Position numbers and translations under genes: made by a program
From: a virus
Lineage: Duplodnaviria > Heunggongvirae > Uroviricota > Caudoviricetes
DNA length: 4,732 nt
Strand: one strand, 5' to 3'
IMG/VR virus record: IMGVR_UViG_2529293240_000011
Location: 1-4,732 of that record
Notes under the pieces: generated by a model
The model's database searches: none
Told to the model about the DNA's origin: nothing
What the model saw: only the letters and a program-made list of their open reading frames with translations
Shown: positions 1 through 4,732 of the stretch, one piece after another
How positions within the stretch are numbered: the first letter of the stretch is position 1
How the letters are laid out: each line of letters begins with the position of its first letter

Positions 1-742
1 TGCCGTAGGGGCCAGCAACGGAATATTCAACTGGCAGCGCATTCCTTACCCAGGCCAGGAAATCACTCTTAGTGTCAAAACGGATAACATCTTCAGGCAG
101 AAAAGCACACCCAAAGCCGAATGCGCCGGGTATCGCCAGACGGCCTTTTGTCCGGTCGTAAATGTCGCTCTGTGCTTCCATCGTGGCCGCACTTTTCAGC
201 CCCAGATTATCCCGGGACTTCTGTTGTGCCTTTTCGCCTGCTGCTGCGATTTCAGACAGATGGTTAGCCGTTTTCAGGGTGCCGGTCAGCGCAGCATCAA
301 TGTCATTTTTGGCCTGTTCTGCTGCGCGGGCATAACCTGCGGCTGCCGCCACATCCTGCGCCGTCTGCTGTGCGTTTCCGGCTGCGGCCCCGGCGCTCTG
401 CTGCGCCTGCGCCACCATTTCCTCAAAGCGTTTGACGACATCCGGTTTCAGGTCGCCCTCATCAGGAGCAATCAGAAAGTCATTCAGCGTGCCGGGCTTT
501 GAGTCCTCATATACAGCAATGTCGCCAACGTTGTACTCGTTGCGCCAGTCCTGTTTCAGATACACACCATATTTTCCAGTCCGCGCATGGAAACAGTATT
601 CACCATCGTTTCCTGTCATCACATCAGCAACAGTGTTCATCACCACTTCCGGGGTGTTTACCCGGGATTTCAGAATAATATGGTATCCGGACATGGGGAT
701 ACCTGCGCCATCAGTCAGCGCACCTGATATCACTACAGACAT
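1..742 (-). CDS. side tail fibre protein, lambda Stf-like N-terminal domain (partial; 3' end lies beyond window start)
   Basis: ATG at 742..740 is the first start after an in-frame TAA at 763..761; I translated the frame by hand and it stays open for 247 codons to position 1. Not in the ORF track because it has no stop in the window. N-terminus MSVVISGALTDGAGIPMSGYHIILKSRVNTPEVV...GDIAVYEDSKPGTLNDFL matches from memory the conserved N-terminal domain of lambda Stf-type side tail fibres (MAVKISGVLKDG...TITVYEDSQPGTLNDFL), followed by an Ala/Gln-rich stretch typical of fibre shafts. Only a weak GAG Shine-Dalgarno in the 23-bp spacer after the upstream gene. Confidence 0.8.
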   Translation of the reverse strand, partial: MSVVISGALTDGAGIPMSGYHIILKSRVNTPEVVMNTVADVMTGNDGEYCFHARTGKYGVYLKQDWRNEYNVGDIAVYEDSKPGTLNDFLIAPDEGDLKPDVVKRFEEMVAQAQQSAGAAAGNAQQTAQDVAAAAGYARAAEQAKNDIDAALTGTLKTANHLSEIAAAGEKAQQKSRDNLGLKSAATMEAQSDIYDRTKGRLAIPGAFGFGCAFLPEDVIRFDTKSDFLAWVRNALPVEYSVAGPYG

Positions 743-765
743 TGTTTTTCTCGCGATAAATTAAA

Positions 766-1311
766 TCAGGAAGAACCTTCCGGAGAGGCGGGCCATTCAA
801 TGGCGTTGTATGAGGATTTATCAGTGATGGTGCTGAAATCCATCGCCTGCAGCGATTTCGCGTAAATACGACAGGCTTTCAGCTTTTCTTTATCTTCGTC
901 GCTGATTAACCCCAGCAGCAGGTCTTCTTCCCATTCCCCTGTCCGGGCACTGACCTGAGCCAGAAGGGCATCACGCTCATCTTCCGCTTTGAGTCTGTAG
1001 TCAAAGACAAATTCATCATTGCGGTAAAACCAGTAACCCGGCGCGGTAATCCGTCGGTTAGCGGTAATATCAGGAACTTCAATAACACTGGCATTGCGTG
1101 GCTCGATGCCTGTCACATCCTTACCGACCCACACCACGCGACCATCTCCGGTGTAAGCTATTTTTATTGTGTCGCTGGCGAAATTCTTCAGCTCTTCATA
1201 CCAGTTTTTTCCGTCTTCTGAAAAAAGCCAGGAGACCGAATATCGTTTTGTCATCTGATATTGTTCTGCTGTTTTCGGATTACCCGCAGTAATATTTTTT
1301 AAATGCAACAT
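766..1311 (-). CDS. tail fibre assembly protein (Tfa chaperone; P2 gpG-like N-terminus, lambda Tfa-like C-terminus)
   Basis: 181-aa ORF whose ATG (1311..1309) lies 2 nt after the fibre stop (TAA, 1316..1314). N-terminus MLHLKNITAGNPKTAEQYQMTKRYSVSWLFSEDGKNWYEE...VIEVPDITANRR resembles P2 gpG as I recall it; C-terminal ...AIEWPASPEGSS resembles the lambda Tfa C-terminus (...DIEWPAVPVME). Position directly downstream of a fibre gene fits a Tfa. Confidence 0.88.
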   Translation of the reverse strand: MLHLKNITAGNPKTAEQYQMTKRYSVSWLFSEDGKNWYEELKNFASDTIKIAYTGDGRVVWVGKDVTGIEPRNASVIEVPDITANRRITAPGYWFYRNDEFVFDYRLKAEDERDALLAQVSARTGEWEEDLLLGLISDEDKEKLKACRIYAKSLQAMDFSTITDKSSYNAIEWPASPEGSS

Positions 1312-1313
1312 TG

Positions 1314-2699
1314 TTAAATACTCGCTACGTTATACCAGGTGCCATTAATCAGTTTTTGCAGTGGTCGGTAATACACACCGTCAACGTTATCCGCTGAGTT
1401 ACGGCCGGTATCCGATATCGCCATCCCTGACAGCCCGTGTCCCGAAGGTGCGCAAAATCTCCACGAAACGGTGTTACTGCCGGGGCTGTAATACATTTCA
1501 TGGCCATACCGTACATCCTGTACCCCCTCTGTTCGATATTTATAGCGGGCATCGAAGTTTCCGTAATTTAACGGAATTACCTGTCCGTTAACAGTGAACA
1601 CTATGCTGTTATCCGGGTTTCTCTGGCTGAAAAAATGCCAGCCTGAATCATCACCAAGCTCTGCAACAACAGGCCTGGATGGATTACCCCACAAATAAAA
1701 CGCTGCATTTTTCGTGGAGTTGTTGGCGCTGGATAACGTGAATTTTCTGGCAGTTCCGGCCTGAATATTCTTAAAAGCAATAGCCACTCCATTCTGAAAG
1801 CGGAATACACGCTGACTATTAGCATAAACATCCAGAATACCGTCTCCATTCTGTTTAAATCCGGTGTCATTATCACCAAGAACAATTGAATTCCCCCCCA
1901 GGGCGTTCTGAACGCCGATACCCAGCGCACCATTGACCTGCGAACCACCGCCAACAGACACTTTATGCGACATGGATATTTCACCCGTCCGCAAATTAAT
2001 GGTGAACGGGCGCAGGGGACCAATATCGCCATTTTCCCCCTGACCTTCACTGGTGGGAATAAGGTGCAGGCACTCTTCCGAACGACGAAAAATCAGGCCA
2101 AAAGCTTCGTTGAAAATCCTCAGCGCATTAACACCACGGATTTTCAGCTCTCCGGTTATTTTATCGCCTTCCCGATGAACATAGCGTTGATCTGACTGCT
2201 CTTTACTGTAAACCTGAAGATTATCCCGTGCCGTCCCTTTATTCTGAAGGTCTGACAGATTGTTCTTCTGCCGCAGGAATATCCTTTTCGGATCCTCAAG
2301 AAGATTTACCCAGCCCGCACTGTCGGAGCCTTCAGGATCGGTCAGGTTATCGTCTGTGGTATTCAGCCAGACCGCTGTTGTTGCGACTCCGGCGAGAATG
2401 GCTCCTTTTGCATATCCACCAATGGCCCCCGCAAAACCGGCATTATACGTGTACAAACCGCCAGCCTGGGCGAACCGTATTGCTGCGGTAATATCGTACA
2501 TCAGACCGTTAAAATCCTTGCCGTGTGGCGGTATACCTCCCGCTGAGACCGCTGTCATGGTCACCGGAGGAAAACCTGAATCATACGCAGCATTACCGCT
2601 CTCTCTGGTCTGCTGTGTCGCCTTGTCCGGGATACGGTTTTTATCTCCGGTACTCGCAAAGGGGACCGCCAGCTGGCGGGGTTTATCACTGGCCTTCAT
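1314..2699 (-). CDS. tail fibre protein with P2 gpH / Mu S-type C-terminal receptor-binding region
   Basis: 461-aa ORF. C-terminal half contains [51 protein letters not shown]...[20 protein letters not shown]...[11 protein letters not shown], which matches the conserved C-terminal region shared by P2 gpH-family fibres (recall, not a search). The N-terminal ~260 aa are not recognisable to me. Start ATG at 2699..2697 is preceded by a strong Shine-Dalgarno (minus strand AAAGGAGTCCCGTAATG). Confidence 0.88.
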   Translation of the reverse strand: MKASDKPRQLAVPFASTGDKNRIPDKATQQTRESGNAAYDSGFPPVTMTAVSAGGIPPHGKDFNGLMYDITAAIRFAQAGGLYTYNAGFAGAIGGYAKGAILAGVATTAVWLNTTDDNLTDPEGSDSAGWVNLLEDPKRIFLRQKNNLSDLQNKGTARDNLQVYSKEQSDQRYVHREGDKITGELKIRGVNALRIFNEAFGLIFRRSEECLHLIPTSEGQGENGDIGPLRPFTINLRTGEISMSHKVSVGGGSQVNGALGIGVQNALGGNSIVLGDNDTGFKQNGDGILDVYANSQRVFRFQNGVAIAFKNIQAGTARKFTLSSANNSTKNAAFYLWGNPSRPVVAELGDDSGWHFFSQRNPDNSIVFTVNGQVIPLNYGNFDARYKYRTEGVQDVRYGHEMYYSPGSNTVSWRFCAPSGHGLSGMAISDTGRNSADNVDGVYYRPLQKLINGTWYNVASI

Positions 2700-3290
2700 T
2701 ACGGGACTCCTTTAAAACTACTGAAACATAAACACCCGGCGGGGATGGCAGTGCACCCGACGACTGGATAATCGCCAGTTCTGCCAACGAGAGCGCGGAC
2801 TCAAAGACGTAACTCATCCTCAGCCCACCATTATTCAGAACATAAGCCCGCCGTTTTTTTCCGAACATAAATCTCAGCATCCGGTTAATATCCGGAACGG
2901 AACAGTCAGTAATGTTCGACATGGCTTTCATCAGTATCAGCCGCCGGTATACAGCATCAGACAGGTCAACAGTCCGGGTATCCGATTTTCCGTTGTAAAA
3001 CGGTGCCTGATTAAACGGACAGGGATCATCCATTACCGGGGTGTCCATCCTGGACTCGCTGAAGCCAGGTAATTAAAATCGTCCTTTACCGTCAGCCGGC
3101 GACTGACACCCACAATCTTTCCCCAGACATCAAGACCATACTTTTCTGCGGTATCGATGTTCCAGATAAGACCATAAAAATCACTGATAAAACTGTCGGG
3201 GGAAAGCGCTGCGTTAAAGCTGTTAATGAGGGCATTGAGTCGGGGGCTGGCAGCATACTGCGCAAGCACAGTGGCAGCCACATTCTGCAC
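2686..3290 (-). pseudogene. YmfQ/DUF2313-like phage tail (baseplate) protein gene, split by an apparent 1-nt frameshift
   Basis: Two adjacent minus-strand ORFs in different frames: 3033..3290 (GTG start, 85 aa) and 2686..3048 (120 aa; that frame is open upstream to 3072). The first carries ...FYGLIWNIDTAEKYGLDVWGKIVGVSRRL..., the N-terminal signature I associate with the e14 YmfQ / Mu gp48 (DUF2313) family; the second carries the C-terminal pattern (...YRRLI...NITD...YVFESAL...ELAIIQSSGALPSPPGV). Together they give the expected ~200 aa. The frame change maps to about 3066..3075 (minus strand GATTTTAATTACCTGGC), where one extra T would restore ...DFNLPGFSES.... Could be a real pseudogene or a sequencing indel. 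Confidence 0.6.
2707..2712 (-). promoter_or_regulatory. Shine-Dalgarno (AAGGAG) for the tail fibre gene
   Basis: Minus-strand AAGGAG (plus-strand ctcctt at 2707..2712) sits 7 nt upstream of the ATG at 2699. It lies inside the 3' end of the preceding gene, which overlaps the fibre start by 14 nt. Confidence 0.6.
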
Positions 3291-3291
3291 G

Positions 3292-3534
3292 TTATGCCTC
3301 CTGGAGTTTCACACTGATATCCGACACATCCAGAACCGGAATCTCATCTATCCCGAAAGTGACAGCCGTTGTCCATGACGAACCGTCACGGCTCACAGTA
3401 AGGCCCAGAATATCAATATGTTCCGGATCGGTTTTGTAAATGCCGGCATAGTAGCGCCCGGCAGAGACAACAGAGGCAACCCTTGCCCGCAGACCACCAT
3501 CTGTACCATTAAATGCGTCCAGCACGGATTGCTG
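3292..3534 (-). pseudogene. 3' remnant of a tail/baseplate gene (baseplate J-like by synteny) truncated by the IS insertion
   Basis: The reading frame ending at TAA (3294..3292) stays open upstream across the proposed IS boundary at 3535 and into IS sequence, stopping only at 3603..3601, so the native 5' part of the gene is missing. The stop is 1 nt from the GTG start of the YmfQ-like gene, suggesting translational coupling. In P2/Mu/e14-type modules the gene before the I/YmfQ-like gene is baseplate J; I cannot recognise the 81-aa remnant itself, so identity rests on position. Confidence 0.45.
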
Positions 3535-3560
3535 GTAAGCGCCCCGAGAAGTACGTAGCG
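3535..3560. repeat. putative terminal inverted repeat (IRR) of the IS66-family element
   Basis: GTAAGCGCCCCGAGAAGTACGTAGCG at the inferred IS terminus. Its extent is a guess because the partner IR at the other IS end is outside the window. Confidence 0.4.
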
Positions 3561-3566
3561 TAAGGA

Positions 3567-4732
3567 TTATTTTACAGACGAGAAGTTCCAGGGCAGCAGT
3601 TCATGCACTTGGTTCGACGGCCAGTCATTGAGCTTCTCGATCACTTCGCGCAACCAGTCCTCCGGCTCCACTTCGTTCTGTTTGCAGGTGACCAGCAGAC
3701 TGTAGATGATCGCCGCACTTTCTCCTCCCTTGTCTGAGCCGAAAAAGAGATAATTTTTTCTTCCAACCGCCACCGATCGTAACGCGTTTTCACCGATGTT
3801 GTTGTCTATTTCCACCCAGCCGTCACGACAGAACTCGTTCAGCGCATTCCAGTGATTCAGGATATAGTCGAACGCCTTCGCCATCTCCGCATGTTTCGAC
3901 AGCGTTTTCCTCTGCAACTGTATCCAGTCGTACAACGACTGCATCAACTGGACGCTTCTGGCTTTTCTGACTGCAAGCCGTTCCTCTGCCGGACTGCCAC
4001 GTATCTCCGCTTCTATGTCGTATAACTCTGCTATCCGTCTGAGCGCTTCCTGAGTCATTTCTGTCGGACGGCGCACATCCTCGTCATGGATTTTTCGGCG
4101 GGCGTGGGCCAGGCACCCGGCTTCCTTCACCCGACCCGTTTCGTACAGTACGTTATAACCTGCATAGGCATCAGCCTGCAGTACGCCCTGATACTTTGCC
4201 AGGTGGAGCTGCGGATGTTCTCCTTTGCGATCTGCCGAATACGCGAACCAGACGGCTGCCGGCAGGGATGAACCCGCATTACGATCATCCCTGACGTATA
4301 CCCACAGACGACCCGTTTTCGTCTTTCCGTTCCCCGGGGCCAGTACTTTCACCGGAGTGTCATCTGCGTGCACCTTTCCTGCCTCCAGAACATAGTCATT
4401 CAGCGCTATATACAGAGGACGGAGTTTGTCTGCCATTTCTGATACCCAGCGCACCATGGTATTACGGCTCAGCTCCACGCCCTGTCGCGCGTATATTTCT
4501 GACTGGCGATATAAAGGGATATGTTCCATATATTTGCTGACCAGGATCCGTGCAAGTAACCCTGCACTGGCATAACCGCGTTCGATCGGTTTAGGGGGAA
4601 GTGGTGCCTGAACGATGACATCACACCGGCTACAGGCCAGTTTGGGACGTATGGTTTCGATAACTTTAAAGGCGGTATTAATGATATCCAGTTGCTCTGA
4701 GATTGTTTCCCCATTTCTTTCAGAACACCTCC
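3567..4732 (-). CDS. IS66-family DDE transposase (TnpC-type), partial; N-terminus beyond window end
   Basis: Stop TAA at 3569..3567. I checked by hand that the frame stays open from the ORF-track methionine (4529) up to the window edge (...[80 protein letters not shown]...), so the track's 4529 start is an artefact and about 388 codons are in the window. Motifs LACSRCD (zinc-finger region), [40 protein letters not shown] and ELLPWN are characteristic of IS66 TnpC proteins (recall). Confidence 0.85.
   Translation of the reverse strand, partial: RCSERNGETISEQLDIINTAFKVIETIRPKLACSRCDVIVQAPLPPKPIERGYASAGLLARILVSKYMEHIPLYRQSEIYARQGVELSRNTMVRWVSEMADKLRPLYIALNDYVLEAGKVHADDTPVKVLAPGNGKTKTGRLWVYVRDDRNAGSSLPAAVWFAYSADRKGEHPQLHLAKYQGVLQADAYAGYNVLYETGRVKEAGCLAHARRKIHDEDVRRPTEMTQEALRRIAELYDIEAEIRGSPAEERLAVRKARSVQLMQSLYDWIQLQRKTLSKHAEMAKAFDYILNHWNALNEFCRDGWVEIDNNIGENALRSVAVGRKNYLFFGSDKGGESAAIIYSLLVTCKQNEVEPEDWLREVIEKLNDWPSNQVHELLPWNFSSVK

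Larger units (their letters stand above)
3535..4732 (-). mobile_element. IS66-family insertion sequence, right-end portion (element continues beyond window end)
   Basis: Contains an IS66-family transposase gene whose stop is 32 bp from a sequence starting GTAAGCG (3535..3541). IS66-family terminal inverted repeats characteristically begin GTAA, and the transposase gene is the last gene before the right end. The neighbouring tail-gene frame is broken exactly here. The precise boundary is inferred, not verified. Confidence 0.7.

Noticed and set aside
224-764. Plus-strand ORFs 224..502 (92 aa) and 432..764 (110 aa)
   Set aside because: They lie antisense to the well-supported Stf-like gene, in its Ala-rich GC-rich region where antisense frames stay open by chance. 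The translations are Cys/Arg/Phe-rich low-complexity strings with no recognisable family and no start signals.
2628-2655. Possible Hin/Gin-type inversion crossover site (GGTTTTTATCTCC resembles the GGTTTTTGATAA half-site of hix/gix)
   Set aside because: Only one partial half-site, no palindromic partner half, no inverted copy elsewhere in the window, and no invertase gene or inverted fibre/Tfa pair. The position near the fibre N-terminus is also wrong for an Sc/Sv junction.
906-2731. Alternate-frame ORFs nested in the Tfa and fibre genes (906..1094 -, 1098..1292 +, 1349..1552 -, 1361..1591 +, 1601..2050 -, 1965..2195 +, 2228..2491 +, 2260..2715 +, 2525..2731 +)
   Set aside because: All fall entirely within or antisense to two long ORFs with strong homology support and a good RBS, and none has protein-like composition. 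Treated as frame-overlap artefacts.
3092-3283. Minus-strand 63-aa ORF in a third frame inside the YmfQ-like gene
   Set aside because: It overlaps the N-terminal half of the YmfQ-like coding sequence in another frame and its translation has no YmfQ-like motifs. The frameshift is better explained by the 3033..3290 and 2686..3072 frames.
3535-3600. Outward-facing promoter in the IS terminus (minus-strand TAAAAT -10-like hexamer near 3569..3574)
   Set aside because: No acceptable -35 element at 16-18 bp spacing. The hexamer overlaps the transposase stop codon region and is probably chance. Read-through from the IS remains possible but there is no sequence evidence for a dedicated promoter.
4086-4714. 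ORFs 4086..4271 (+) and 4469..4714 (-) within the IS
   Set aside because: Both overlap the transposase frame, which I verified is open to the window edge. The 81-aa minus-strand ORF is simply another frame of the transposase N-terminal region.
1-4732. Diversity-generating retroelement, defence system (toxin-antitoxin, restriction, abortive infection), CRISPR or RNA genes
   Set aside because: No reverse transcriptase, no template/variable repeat pair that I could see, no direct-repeat arrays, no tRNA-like structures. Essentially every base is accounted for by minus-strand tail-module or IS coding sequence.

Overview
The window is almost entirely coding on the minus strand and reads as the distal end of a P2/Mu-type contractile-tail baseplate and fibre module (prophage or tailocin-like element), interrupted at its upstream side by an IS66-family insertion sequence. 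In transcription order (high to low coordinates): an IS66-family DDE transposase running off the window end (3567..4732) with a putative IS terminus at about 3535; an 81-codon 3' remnant of a tail/baseplate gene cut by the IS (3292..3534); a YmfQ/DUF2313-like tail gene split by an apparent 1-nt frameshift (2686..3290); a 461-aa tail fibre with a P2 gpH-type C-terminal region (1314..2699); a tail fibre assembly chaperone (766..1311); and the first 247 codons of a second, lambda Stf-like side tail fibre running off the window start (1..742). Genes abut or overlap, consistent with one operon. I found no rRNA, tRNA, CRISPR array, defence-system hallmarks or convincing plus-strand genes, and no undescribed system: this looks like a decaying but otherwise ordinary phage tail region. 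The two points most worth follow-up are the IS insertion plus frameshift (degradation) and the tandem arrangement of two different receptor-binding fibres. All homology calls are from reading the translations against remembered protein families; no searches were run.
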